Positions 25,701 to 39,269 of a DNA stretch of 64,000 nucleotides are shown here, piece after piece. Location of the stretch: positions 9,854,999 to 9,918,998 of the forward strand of contig CM082581.2 in assembly GCA_040954595.2 (NCBI GenBank), given 5' to 3'. The DNA comes from Balanoglossus misakiensis (lineage: Eukaryota > Animalia > Hemichordata). A program made the position numbers and the translations under genes. A model generated the notes under the pieces. The model saw only the letters and a list, made by a program, of their open reading frames with translations. It ran no database searches and was not told where the DNA came from. The first letter of the stretch is position 1. Each line of letters begins with the position of its first letter.

Positions 25701-28438
25701 ACACCAATTGCTTTGCAATACGTTTCTGTTGTAAACACATCGAGGTGACCCTGAATGTGGCTTTTATAGTGCCTATATGGGAAGATATTGCTGGTGATTA
25801 AACAAACAGTCTGCAATGTTCGGTTTGGCGGTTCGTTTAGAATAAAGCCCATCAGTTGCGCTGTACGCCCGTCCGTCATTTTGAAGCGTTATTGATTTCA
25901 TCAAATCGTTTGTACGTTGTCATTTTCAAAGGCCAATTGTCGACGGTCATTTTCAAGAACCTGTGATTGCAAGGTGATTGGTCACTGTTTCTTCATAACG
26001 TGACATATGAAGTTTGCTCCGTGCTGGGGCTTTAAATCGCCTGTGTCGGGAAAGACGCAAGCTTATAAAAAATATGGGATATATCATGACTTCGATCCAA
26101 GTATGGCGCGAGGGCTGAGGAGCTCATCGAAGTGGAAACATATGAGAACGGCTAATCCATGCTATAATACCTTATTTTTTGCGGATTTTCAATCGCGAAT
26201 ATCCTTTACGTCTCCAGGAGACGGGAGCGTTCGTAACGATGACTTTTTATTTTGGTGTACTTTTCTCATACTTTAATGTGAGCAGCCTGTATATAAAAGC
26301 AACTGTCAGAGTTCTGTCAGAATCGGACTAATTGGTCTCAAAGCATTGTGCGCGGACTGTGCGTGTGTCCTTAATGCGGGAGGAGGGAGTTTACCTCAGT
26401 TCGTGAGCCAGAAGGGTCTTTGGCGCCAATTAAGGGGGAGAAAGGCAAGTACACTCTTGAACTAGAAAAGTATAACATATGTATATCAGTAGAGGGAGAA
26501 ATCCACTGTGCCAGAGGGCGTGGCCACTAATTAGGACATACATATAAGCTCAGTCTTTATCCGTCACGGTGTCTGCTTGCCATTCTGATGATATTGTCTT
26601 GCACGGGGATGTGTGCACTTTATATCTCCTTGAGCTATAAAAGGAGGGGGGGGGGGGGGTAAACCTTTGCTGGGGCGGAGATTTGGGTGATTTTTTTAAC
26701 TGGCACCAGGTAATAAGGATGAAAAATCCAAGGGCGTTATATGTCAGTAAACAAATTCAACCTCCTTATGCTGATCATAATTTATAAATTCGGGTTTTTA
26801 TAAATAGAATATCGGTTATTCAGGTTTTCATCACAGGGAAGAAATCACAACAGCCACGGTGCACCTCTAATGAACTCTCGACCATTTCCAAGGTCACGGT
26901 CAAGTATAATCACATTTCCTGTTTGCTACAAGGAAAGTGGTAATACCCAAAGGACTCTCTACCCGTTAGGCGCATATGTCATTGCGCAGGCCAATCACAG
27001 ATAAACTGTGGGTCACGTGGATAAATCTGGGGTTGCCAACAGTACGTTAGCTTGTCGATGGATTTTCATTGTTCAACTACTTTCTAAGAACGCACTATCT
27101 AATAAGCATAAGAAATATACCCTTCGAAATAATCTACGTACGTTAACCTTATCATTACGGAAAGAAAGTTTGTGAAACGTAAGACACGTCATTCAATATG
27201 CAGAACGTTAAATGTTTCATCCTTCAAGAGGCAGATTTCGAACTGGCGGCCTACAGCAGCAATTTGCACAGTAAACGAGCCATCACGCATAACCACTTCG
27301 CCGTTCATCCCAACTAAAAAGTTGGTTCAAATGACAAATTATGTGATTTGTTATTTCAGAGATATTGTTACCGTCGGACTTTAGTCTTTACATGATGTGC
27401 GACACTCCAGGCAACTTGTATGACTACTAGACATGGCTTCGCAAGACTTTCATCACTCGTCTTGAAACTACCACCATGAGAATAACGTAGCCGTGTGCCT
27501 TTCATTCAAGTTTTAATAACATGGCAGATGTGCAGGTGTTATGCGATTCACCAGGTTATCACTATCAAGGGGTAATCAATCCACGCAGTTGAGAGGCTAG
27601 ATGCAGCACACTAGAGTTGTGTGAACCTTGATAAGCCAGGCAAATGAATCACCGTGCGTCATTCTCAGAGCAGATTAACGATAATACGGATCCTGTCACC
27701 ATAAAAAATTCATTGCCGGGGTAATAGATACAGGCGATGAAGAAAGCTCGGGGATTGGAGAGATAGAGAGAGAGAGCTCTGACATAACGTTGGTGGCGCT
27801 CTTGTAAACAGCAATCGGCCTACCACGTAATGTTGGAGGTGCATTTCCCAGAAAAGAAAAGTTACGAAGACTTACTTTTTAATATGGTATTCAAGTTCAT
27901 TTAATCTCAAAAACTGCTGTCTAAAATCTACATTGCTTCTGGTCTTTCCTGAGTACAATGCCTTGGGTAAAGAAAAAAGTTAATGACCAAATAATTATGA
28001 TAAAATATGCTCTTGAAACTCTGACTGGAAGATCTTTTCAGCCAAGAAAATATTTAACATACCACATTAGGAACAATCAGCTTCTTCATATCTATTTTAA
28101 AAATCTGTGTGAGATTGGTATGTCACCTGGCGTAGTGGGTATTTTTTTGTCATTTTGAAAGACTCGGGAGAGAAGGAAAAGAAAGATCTATATGACAATC
28201 TGGTATTCTTTTGGTTTCTTAGAAACTTATTTTAGCACATTATCATTTGGATCAATGTTTGGCGTAGAAAGTGTGCAATAACTCTGGAGTGGATTGTCCA
28301 AATGAGCCAGATATTTGATTTGAAAATTGAAAACTGATGTCTATGCATTGTAAATTTCAAAATATTGAAAGCTGTGAATTGTTTGTACTTTGGAGCTGAA
28401 AATTGAGTACATAAATTGTAAATAGAATTTCAAAGCAT

Positions 28439-28515
28439 TTAACCCTTCAAACTCTGTTCAGGCACACAGATACCTGAGTGTCAGAGGTCACTGGGGTCAG
28501 AGTTCAAAGGGTTAA
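28439..28515. mobile_element. Tiny piggyBac-like MITE or remnant: TTAA-CCCTTCAAACTCTG ... CAGAGTTCAAAGGG-TTAA
   Basis: 14-bp terminal inverted repeat (12/14 match) with CCC/GGG termini and TTAA on both sides. Confidence 0.55.
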
Positions 28516-28803
28516 TGTGCTTGGAGTTGCAAACTATAGCAAAGAAGGGCACATTGGTGAAGTACACTTTAGTGTAAAATGACAAGAGTCTCTTGCAAAA
28601 GTACTGCTGATCACTGATTGCATATTATTATGTAATGGAAGTTGTGTTTATTGCAGCACATATCATGGGTGTCCTAGATCAAGCATATTTTGCAATGTCC
28701 AGAGTGACACGTCCCTTGACACAAGGTCATCATTGCTCCAAGGTCACCAAAGTCCATAATGTAAGGTCACATGGCAATGCTGGCATGACCTTGATCCCAG
28801 GGG

Positions 28804-30188
28804 TCACCACAAGTTCCACGGTGCCATGTTTAAATGATGCATAGGCACACCAGTGATATTGACTGGAATGCTAATGATTGCTCCTGGCATACCATTGGCT
28901 TTTAATGATTTCTTGATAAGGTACCTGTTGACGACAAAGGAAATACGTGATAAAAGACAATCAGTGACTTCATGCGTACCACATACTAGGTACTGCACAT
29001 TATAAAAGCAAGAATCTTTTTTTTTATACTGGGAATTTTTTTAACCCTTACTTACCCATCTTTACCAAGTAAGAAAACTGCTGGAATGTTCGTTGTTCTG
29101 TCTGACTCATCCTGTATCATGTCTATGTACTGCCAGTCATTCTTGTAATCGTGATCGTGGATCATGATGGCAAATGCTCCGTATCTCTCGGCAACTCGAG
29201 TTTTGGAGACAAAAGAACAACCTCTGAAATCAGAATGAAAGGACAGTTAACATGCAGGGTAGCATAATCAGTAATACCGAACCAAACCAAACTACAAAGC
29301 AAATATGTCACATTGATAAGTTCCTCTACTGCATTCTAACCTAGCTGTTATCATGTTACTGATTCATATCCTAACCTATGACGTGCTATGGTGGACCTGT
29401 ATTCAATTATTACCATACAGCAATTCAACCTCAATTGTGTTGAGTCATTGCAAACCAGCAGATGCTCCAAATTTATAATTGCTTTTGGGAACATATTTTT
29501 TATTCGACATTACTCTCTGCGAATATACTTTATACAATGTATGTGTACACGTACGCAGGATAGCAATTCCATTACAAGCCATCTGGAAATCAATTAAAAT
29601 CCCATTAATAGTCTCATTTCAACTTACCCTCTTTCCACAAGGGCAATTGCTCCTCTGATTTCTTCACCATTGTACAGATTTGAGCAGGCTTCTGGTGGAT
29701 CCGTCGGAATCAAATTTATTCTGTAAAAACTTTGCCTCTATAAATCAAAGAAAGATTCCTCTTGGTGACTTTCATTTTTTCAAACAAGTGACAAAAATAG
29801 GAAATCTGACAGAATTACCTTATATTAATACGGTTATACTTACAAAAACTTCTCCAAATGATTTTGCTGGTCTGATTTTGAATACGTAACTGATATCTGG
29901 AGGACTTAAAACTTCAAAAAATAAATTTTCATTGACACTGTATCCTGTAATAGAAACACACATAACAGTGCACCTGAGATATGTACACAAGTGAAGGAAT
30001 GCGCCGTTTACCTGCAAGTTTAAATCCGTTGTATGAAATATTGTATGAACGTCAACATTTTTTTACACTGTTGAGGTAAACAATGACCGATCACACTATA
30101 AATACATACCTATTGATGACAACGGCAAAACAAGCACGCAAAGTATTACCCAAAGTAGCAGCCGCCCTCCGTCTATCGTGGTCGCCAT
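28804..30188 (-). CDS. PRADC1: Protease-associated domain-containing protein 1, about 192 aa; exons 30188-30110, 29944-29844, 29737-29628, 29223-29056, 28924-28804
   Basis: Signal peptide followed by [78 protein letters not shown] and the characteristic C-terminus IISIPVNITG...PWNLW. GT-AG introns in phase. AATAAA on the minus strand at 28647-28652. Confidence 0.94.
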
Positions 30189-30727
30189 TGCGAAAAGCAC
30201 AAGACAACTTCCTGTTTACGTTTTCCCTCAACATTATGGGTGGGGAGTCCGCTCGTGTGCGTGTACAGATTATAAAACTTTTGTCAGTTTATAATACATT
30301 TTACGACAGTTTCTACGGTTTCAATACGCTAAGATTAAAATTATATAAAGAAATAAAGAGTTTTAATCGTGTTATATTCGAATGGGATGCATATGACATC
30401 CGTAACATGTCCCCTAAGATATAATAGGATCGACCACAACTTCCTGGTATTGCACAGCTAGCTTGGACCTGGAGCTGTGGAGGTGATAGCGTTTCAGAAA
30501 GATGTATTTGCAGCCGGGAATATTCTAAAATGTTCAGTGAATGAACGTACTGGGTATTGCAAGATGTATCGCTTTTGAAAATAAGGTACTGTGTACGTTT
30601 GAAATGTTTATGAGGTCCGTGTATGTACCCAGTAACCATGGAACATGGCAATAGTCATAGTCAAAGATTTCGGCACCTCACTTGTACATGTGTATGATCG
30701 CTGAAGAGCTACAGCCAACAGTCAGCT
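30189..30727. promoter_or_regulatory. Putative bidirectional promoter shared by PRADC1 and EDRF1
   Basis: Divergent ATGs about 540 bp apart; the ETS-core motif ACAACTTCCTG occurs twice (30204-30214, 30436-30446). Confidence 0.6.
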
Positions 30728-33700
30728 ATGGATGATAAATTCACTGAGCTAACGAAGAGGCCGACGGCTGCAGACGTAGATGTAGAAGACGCTGTTGCAA
30801 ACAAGGAAGAGGAAGTTAGTAACCATGGAAACGTAAGTAAATAATGTCGTATGAGTCTCGGAACATGAGGTCGCTGTTATCAGCACAAAAGGCATACTGC
30901 AGTATTTCTGAAAACAAGTTCCTCTTTGTCCTGTGCATCTGTGAACTTGGCTGACGTGGAACATTGTTCGTGGATTTGTCGGAAGGTATGTATGATTACC
31001 TACATATATACACAAACAATTATCTGAGATGGGGGAGTTGGTGTTATTCTGTGTTATTTCAGGGAGAGTAGAAGGCTATGGTTATTTGAATCATGAATGC
31101 AGGTGTACCATGGGAGGGGAATATGCTAATTACCCGACACACAATTAGCATACCCCCCCCCCAACCCATGGTACACCTGCGTTTCCACAGCTAGATTGAC
31201 ATAATATGCTTTATGATGTTCTAGGAATCTAAACAGTTGACCACCAAGGATGAGATCAAATCCAGTGCAGCGGTCAAATATTCCAGTGTGGAGACTCTGG
31301 CCAATTTCTCCAAACTGAAACAAGACACCGATCTGAAGCGACCACCGGCCAATTGGTTACGGAGCTGTTCTAAATTAACATGGGGGACAAGCAGGACAAA
31401 CTTCTCCAGGTAAAAATATAAAACAACATTGTGGACTAGTGTACGCAAGGAAAATTCGAGTCCACTGTGATGGTCAAGGGCTGTTTCAGGTGCATGCACA
31501 TGGCTGTTTCAGCCCTCTGGAGCTACAGTCACTGCACTAGCCTGAACTCTGAAGCTCAGTGTATAATATTTGATCTCTTGTCTTCATCTTTAGCTTTGGA
31601 ATGGCAGATTCCTGTCCAGACACTGTTGGTGAAGTGGATGTGATATCAGCATCTGAGGTTGGTCCTACAGCGCCCTCTAGAGGGCTTCTGGAAATATAGA
31701 TTTTGCAATGTAGATTTTCACATGAATAAGTTCAGATTCCAAATTGTTTCTTCGTCTCAAATAATGGCTAATCAAAGTTTCTTTCACCCTTTTTATACAG
31801 AATATCAAGACTTTGTTGAAGATTCCATTCAGCAAAGCCCAAGTCAACATTGCCGTACATCGCATTGGTAGAACTCTACTGCTAGATGAATTTGATATCT
31901 ATAGACATTTACTCTCAGCACCTCAGGTATGTTGCAAATTTCTCTTACTCTTATAAGTCCTGAAACTACCCAAAATTGTTGGATATTTCAAATGAGATGT
32001 TGTTTTGCCTGTTTTTGTACTTTTCCAGAGTGGAAGAAATTGGTTGAGGAATTTCATCATCCATCAAATTCACGATGAAGGCAAAACCAAATTTACAAGG
32101 AAGAGGAAAACAAGAGATGACCTGCATAGCCGGAGTTTGCTGTCGAAATTCTTATATTACAGGTAATGTTGTAAATACTGAGTTGATACAAGATCTGAAA
32201 ATCAGGGTGCACCTATCAATTTGCAGTTACTGTTAGGAATTTTGCTGTGATACTTGGTATTCAGTGATATGTCATTAAAACAGTGAAGATTGAAGAATTG
32301 AAAAAAAATCTTCATTGAAAGAGTTGCTGAATTTTTCAATTCATCTTTCTGCCACCCAGCATTGCTTTTGATAGCGTTGACAAAGCAGAACCGTATACAG
32401 TGGAAGAGCCGGAAGCAGCAACGCCACAGACGAGTGCAGATAGCGCAGAGAGTGAAAGTGACCCAATGGTAATGACCAGTGAGGGCACATCCGAGGTTAG
32501 TGCTTATCAAGTTTGTCTTCTGACAAAAAACAGTTTTGATGTGAGTGTGTTAAACAGAGTTTAAGCTAACATACTCTTTCTCTTGTTGCAGACGTGTCAC
32601 AGTGAATTTGCTCGTCAAGTGTTGTGGCATTTTGAAGATATTCAGATGTTGATCGGCTCCGATCTGCCAATTTTTGGTGGTGGCAAATATCCATGTGTTA
32701 GTCTCAGGCTAAGGTAATAGAATATGTAAATACTCACATTTCTTATTTTAATGAGTCCACAAAGTTCACTGTGAGAAGTATGAAAAGATAGCCAGGTTTA
32801 TGCACTGTCTCTCAGATTTTTATTCCAAGTTGGCCTGAAACAGGTTGGCAGTGTCTGTAGGCTAAAATTATTATGATGTCAAGTGAACAGAGTTCTGACT
32901 GTGTTGTAAATCACTCTGTAGTATAAAATGAATGAAATGGCAAGTGTTGAAAGAAGACTGTGATTTCATTCGCACACAGAGACGAAAACAAACCGATCAA
33001 CGTGTTGACGGGTCTCGACTATTGGTTGGACAACTTGATATGCAACGTGCCAGAGCTGGCCATGTGTTACCACCTCAACGGAATCGTGCAGAGTTACGAA
33101 CTCTTGAAGACGGAGGAGATCCCGCAGCTGGGAGGCTCCCAGTTTTCGCCCGGGGTAGTCAAAGACGTCGCTCAGAATGTGCTGTCGTTTATGAAGTCCA
33201 ACTGCACCAAAGAAGGACATACGTACTGGCTTTTCAAAGGTGAGGCGGGTGTTGTGTTCACTGTAGTAGAGGATGTCAAAATTGTTGTTTTTGTCAGTTT
33301 ACAACAGTTACAGAATGGTGTGTGCACTTTCCACATTGATTGTCCTGACTCATACAGCGTAAAGAAATGTAAAAGTCTATCTGGATGTTTTTCTCACAGG
33401 TAATAACGACGACGTGGTAAAGCTGTACGATTTGACCAGTTTATGTTCAGAGGAAGAAACTCAAGATGCCACTGCCCATTCATGGGATAACCCGTTCTCC
33501 ATCCCAGTCGCAATGCTGCTTTACAAAGTAGCCAGGAATATGACAAAGTCCGAGACTAGTTACAAGTAAGAGAAGTTGTCCACTTTCATGGTCATTTGTA
33601 TCATTTTCAAACTTACCTTACATGTATGGTTCACTTCTATGGTACTGTTTTTTTTTTTTAATTTGGAAAAAATGTAGTGAAAACTTCAAATTCCAGCTCT

Positions 33701-36700
33701 GAATTATCCAGAGTTCTGGACCAATTTTAAGTTGCAGATGAACATGTACTCATAATTATATTATAGCGTCATCAATACCAGTGAATTTTATTGACACTGT
33801 AGTGCTCATTCTTGTGTATCATATAAACTGATTCCTGTCTCCATGACAACAGGCACAGAGCTACAATCAGCAAACTGCTGAGGAACTGTTTGACGCTACT
33901 GGACAAAGATAAACATGCACAGGTAAATAATTTTGTTTAGAGTATATGTACCATGCTTTGCCTTGCCCAAGTTCAAGTTAATCAGAAAATCAATCACTAT
34001 GATGTTCAAACACTAAACGGTGTCATTTGTAGATTGTAACTTCAGCCAATTACATGCTGTGTGATCTGTACATCTCCGACGACCCGCACAAAGAGAAAAG
34101 GGATGAGGAGTCATCATCTGATGATAACACAGACAGCGGCAGTGATGGGGAGAAAGATGAGGAAAACAGCCCAGTCTCCTTGGAAGTGAAGAGTCTATCC
34201 CTGCCGTCCAAACACTGGCATTGGAGAGAGAGGGAAAACCAGTCCTCAACGGCTTCTGGTTGCCATGGAAAAACCATTGAAGAGAAATGCCAAGAAGCAA
34301 TGATGCACATTGTTGCGGTAATATTTCATCAAGTTTTAGCATTATTGTTTAATTCAGCAATGTGGAATTCAAATTCGAGGCAAATCTACCGAAACCCATT
34401 TATGTGATGTAACAGTAATTTGAAGCACTTCTTTAATGTCTTCACAGGGTCTGACCACCCTAGACAGGGACATTGAAGCAAACTCAAACATGACCAGAAA
34501 TTCTGGCCAGTGCGCCATCGAGTTCCCATCTGTCAATCAAGATGACCCCAAACCAGCAAGAACCAATGACAATCCGAATGAGACTGGCAGTCAGGATGAA
34601 AGTCACAGGCTGACTGTTGCCAAGCGACAGCTGTCTCCGAGTTCGTGGCAGGGTCAACTCAAAGATTCCTTGCTCAGGAAGGCCAGGGCTGTGTGTTATA
34701 TCTACGCCGATGTCCATATGAAAAAGAATGAATACAGTGAAGTGTTGAGGCATCTACATCTAGCGCTTCTCTGCCACAGTGAGTATTTACAACACACTGC
34801 AGCTGAAAGAGGCAGACGATTTTGTTGAATTTACATATATAACGGAAGTCATGTCCTCACCAAATCATATAGATAATATATTCTGAGTGGAACTGGCAGT
34901 ATCATTCTCAGCTCTCAAAATTTCTGTAATGTTTTCATCTCCACTGTCAAATTAACCCTGCCCCCCTTTTCTAGGTGCTGTTAGCAGCTTTACGCCTCTT
35001 CATTCCGACTCGCAATCCAAAGACGAGGGCTTGCTCAGTGCTATCCTCAGATTGTGCGGTGATCTTCACATCATGCTTGCCGGAGACCCAGACAGCATGT
35101 CCAAATGCAAACTCGAGTTCCTGCAGCAAACCAGTGAGGAAAAGATCATCATTGAAAGTGTGAAGAAGGAAGTTAGTTTTAACAGTGAGTCTTGTCTCTT
35201 CTGTTGGTTTTGTTTTCATGTGTGTGAAAGAGGGCTTTTTCCTGGTTGCTTGTTGATTCCGACATTTTGATTATGGGTATAAAAGTGTTGATAAAAACAA
35301 TTACATTCATTTCAAAATGAACCTTTTTATTTCAAAACACACAGATTTTCAGTGGGCTCTGACTTGCGGCGAAGAGGTCAGTGACTGCCTGCTTACAAGT
35401 ATCGGTTGCTATGAGGGAGCGCTGGACTTGGCAACGGGTGAAGACGATGCAGAGTACATGATCAACACCACACGCAGACTTGGCAATGCCAGGAATGAAC
35501 TCGGCAAACAGTATATGACAGCCGCAGTGGAGTTAGCTGACTCACAAGCACAAGGTATAGTCAGCGTTATCTGCATGTTATCCAAAAGAGTCAAAACTCA
35601 CATTTTTTTTCAGAGTGCCGTACAGTTACTGTTGTTTCGTACGTGTGAGCAATTATTCTAGTGATATGACCATCACTGTCGCTTTGCATAGTGAAAGTGA
35701 TTTGTAATTTGTTTCTCCAACAAGAAGAAAGAAAAAAATGCTCTTATGAAGAACCATTGGTACCTTCTGCCTGATTGGCTGTAATACACAGAAATGTACC
35801 CAATCAGGTAGAGGGTAATAAAACAGCAAATGAAACCTGAAATATGTGACTGGATAAACTTTTCCATCTCTAATATCTGTTTTTTCCTTCTTTTCCCAAG
35901 TTGAAGTCCCGACCACTGCTGAACAGACGCTGTGGAAGAAGAGCTACGAGCAGTTTAACAGAGCCTTGGCTTCATTTGAAGCCACCAGTGATAATGTCAA
36001 CCAGGCATTGGTCAACTGCAATGCAGGTCGCTTGATGAGAATATGTGCACAGGCCTACAACTCGGGCAAATTTAGTCAACAGGAGAGGTATTACTTCAAC
36101 AAGGTAAGTCTTTGCCGCGTGTGTTACATGCAAACTTTACAGTCCATTCCAGACACAAACACACTTATTCTGAATGCACACTTGCAAATACATGGCAGAG
36201 TATGTGCTAATCTATGTTATTTCTGTCACACAGACATTTTTTTTCTGGCTTACAGTTTGTAAAATGCTAAACCGCATCATGTCAGTAATTGTGAATAGAA
36301 ACATAGTTGAACATAGAAAACCTGTAAAAACCAGCAGCTGGGATCTTTTCCAGATAAAACTGTTATTGTTTTTTTTTTTCGTTGTGGTTGTCAGGCTATA
36401 GATCACTACCACACTGCACTGCGACAGCTCGGTGACAGGAATATGTCATTGAGAGAGTCGATCACTTGGGAGCTGTCTACAACTTACTTCACCATGGCAA
36501 CGCTATTGCAGGACAATGCGCCATTGACTGATATGGCTGAAGAACAGGTGAGTTGTTTGGTGATCGAGTTGAGTTGTAACCCAAATGGCTGATTTATGTG
36601 AATTTGATCAAAACGGAAATTGAATAACAGAGAATCAGCGCTATAGTAGTTATGAAGGCTGTACAGCGCCACCAAACAAAGTTGGAGAGTTCTTTTGTTT

Positions 36701-39269
36701 ATTATGTGTCATTATATTTATTTTGTGTCATTAAAGGTGGAAAAGGACATCAAGGAATACATGATGAAAGCGCTGAAGTATTGCGAGGCGGAGGAGTCCT
36801 CACCGCGACAATCCATTGTACAGTATAGAGCTGCCACAGTTCATCATAGACTGGCGTCTATGCATCATAATTCCTACAGGAACCAGGTATGAGACCTACA
36901 TTCTCTCACATTTCCTGCACAACACGACACCATAATTCCCATAAATATCCCATGATGCACAACGGTTTCATAGAAATCAAAGTTGTTTCCCCAGAATGCC
37001 TCGTGAGTGCCACATCAACAGGTTATCATAACTCCTCATGAAAATTACCCCGAAATAATGTCAAAAGTGAGCTACTCTATCCCTTGAACTGTATTGACAT
37101 GCATGTCAGAAATGTCTGACTCTGAGCCGAATGGATATTTCCAGGGTCTTGAGATATATCTGGCATGTTTCAGTTCTTGTCTCTGTTTATGCCAGGTTTA
37201 CTGCATTACCCTAATTTGATATCTCCTGTATATATTGGTGTGTGCCTGTTACACCATCTTTTGTTATGGTCAAGATGTTATAGCGCCATCAGTGGCCAGT
37301 GGAAGACAGTTCAGTGAGTCCCCCCACCCCAAGATGTAAAAATCAGCACCTTTTCCATTTATTCTAGATCAATGAACAGAAGAAAAAACACAGTAGAACG
37401 TTAGCAGATTTGCACTATGGGAAGGCTTTGAAGCTGTTCCAAGAATTGGATCGTCCCTCCGAGCTACTGCGAATCTTGCTAGAAAGAGTCGCAATGTGTG
37501 AACATCAGCTCAACAGTAAGTGAATTAATTTTTTGTAACATTCTTCATTTGTTCATAATTCTAGAAAAAAGTGTCATGACGTATAATATACATATGTTGA
37601 GTACCACTGACTATATGTCAGCCAGGCAGACTCATAACAGCCATTACTGTGTGCTAGCAATTTCCCACCCTTTCAAGGTCATGCTGGGGTCACGAAGACA
37701 GCCAACAGTAGCAGTCTTTACCCCCGCAAACAAAATATTTGTAAATGTGATAATTCAGTCTGACAGTCTTCAGAGAGTTGGGAGCTGGCTGAGTGTGCTG
37801 AGTGACTATCCGGTTATCAACCTCTAATGTCTCGTGGAAGATCAACACTTGACATGTTTTCTGCTCTTTAAGAGGTGACTGACTGTTTTACGGAGGAATT
37901 TGAAAACACGGAACAAACACAGAAGTGGTTCACCTGCCCCTTCTGGGTCAGACACTTCCCTGGGGGATGCTTCTGAAAAGGAAATTGCTACTTCAGTGAC
38001 ATCAAATTTAATTACCTTGAAAGAATTTTATCACTGTTCCAATATTTATTGGTGTTTGGCGTGTATCACTATCAGAGACTAGGAAAAATGTGCTGTATTT
38101 CCTGAGGATCAATCATACAAAACCACATTTTCTGAGCAGAAGGTCACACGGCCAATAAATTGTGCCAATTGCAGGCAAACCTGTCAAATTGTCACAATGT
38201 AGCGCAGCCTTGCCTACCACCTGCACGAGTGGTGTCCAAGTATCAAAGTATCCAGAACAAGGGCCGGGGCAGGGTCCCCACACCTATCATACTACCTGGT
38301 AAATAGAGAATTTCCGTTTCAATTGTACACAGTGGTATACCTTATACGGCCAAACATATAAATATCTTCAAGTTACACCAAAGCAAACAAACAAACACAG
38401 AAGCCAAACAGAGTGGGGAGAATGACCCCAAAATATGCGGTTTGACCTCTCTGCTCCATCCCTTCCCAGGTCAGACGGGAAGTGGCGCCAAGATCAAAAC
38501 TCTGCAAACAGCGCTGGATTTCCTGCTGCAGAGCAAACAGTCCTTGGAGGGAATCTGTCGCGACTTCTCCGAGTCTCTCAATGAAGATCCTGTCCGAAGC
38601 CGCTTGTTGAGTGCCACGGCAGAAACCAAAGTAAACGAAGCTTTAGAAAAGACCGAGACAGACAAACATGAGGAGGAGAACGCTAATAATCTTCGGAAGA
38701 AACAGGACACTGAAGTTGTCCCGGATAGTCCGGGGAGAAATAAGGAAAATAATTCTGATTTCAAAGAGAAAAAAATCAACAGTGGGGATAATGCCCGTGA
38801 TCCCGATAATGCAGATGATATTCAAGACTCGGATAAGAATGACAAACAGTGTATAACCAAAGAACTGGAAGAGATAGAGAACTTAGTGTCAATACTACAG
38901 TCAAGATTACAGTTTATTTTGTTTCATCATGTTAAGTTACACTCCACCAAGAAAGGGTAAGTCTGTGAAGTTGTATCCATTTACATACATGTACATGTAC
39001 CTAAGTCTAATACCTAGCTGCATTTTGTCCGCTTTGCTTCAAAACTGAACCCAACTTGATACTAGACTAACATCTACAAGCCACCTGTCATGATCTTTTG
39101 AGATTTCTTAATATTCTTGTTCGTTTACTTCTCCAGGGATCAGAGCAAATTATCAAAGTACAAGAGGATGTACGCAGTTGCCTTGTCGAGTGTGAAGGCC
39201 GAAGGAAACCTGGCAATGACCTTGCTTGATACAGTGGAGCGAATAACGGAGATATGGGTCAGGTCATGA
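30728..39269 (+). CDS. EDRF1: Erythroid differentiation-related factor 1 homolog, about 1225 aa; 20 exons: 30728-30832, 31225-31409, 31594-31657, 31801-31926, 32029-32162, 32360-32495, 32592-32713, 32980-33239, 33400-33565, 33853-33922, 34033-34317, 34448-34778, 34975-35184, 35345-35554, 35901-36103, 36395-36547, 36737-36886, 37368-37515, 38470-38956, 39137-39269
   Basis: Motifs KSSAAVKYS...DLKRPPANWLR, ENIKTLLKIPFSK...VHRIGRTLLLDEFD, WHFEDIQMLIGSDLPIFGGGKYPCVSLRLRD, KPINVLTGLDYWLDNLICNVPELAMCYHLNGIVQ, FMKSNCTKEGHTYWLFKG, VVKLYDLT, RRLGNARNELG and YRAATVHHRLASMHH. Phases are consistent across all introns. The start exon is the least certain. Confidence 0.93.

Noticed and set aside
27850-28430. 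AT-rich stretch resembling a non-autonomous DNA transposon remnant
   Set aside because: No terminal inverted repeats or target-site duplication could be defined from this window alone; a repeat library search is needed.
38140-38450. Possible interspersed repeat in EDRF1 intron 18
   Set aside because: Only an impression from composition; there is no second copy in the window and no defined ends.
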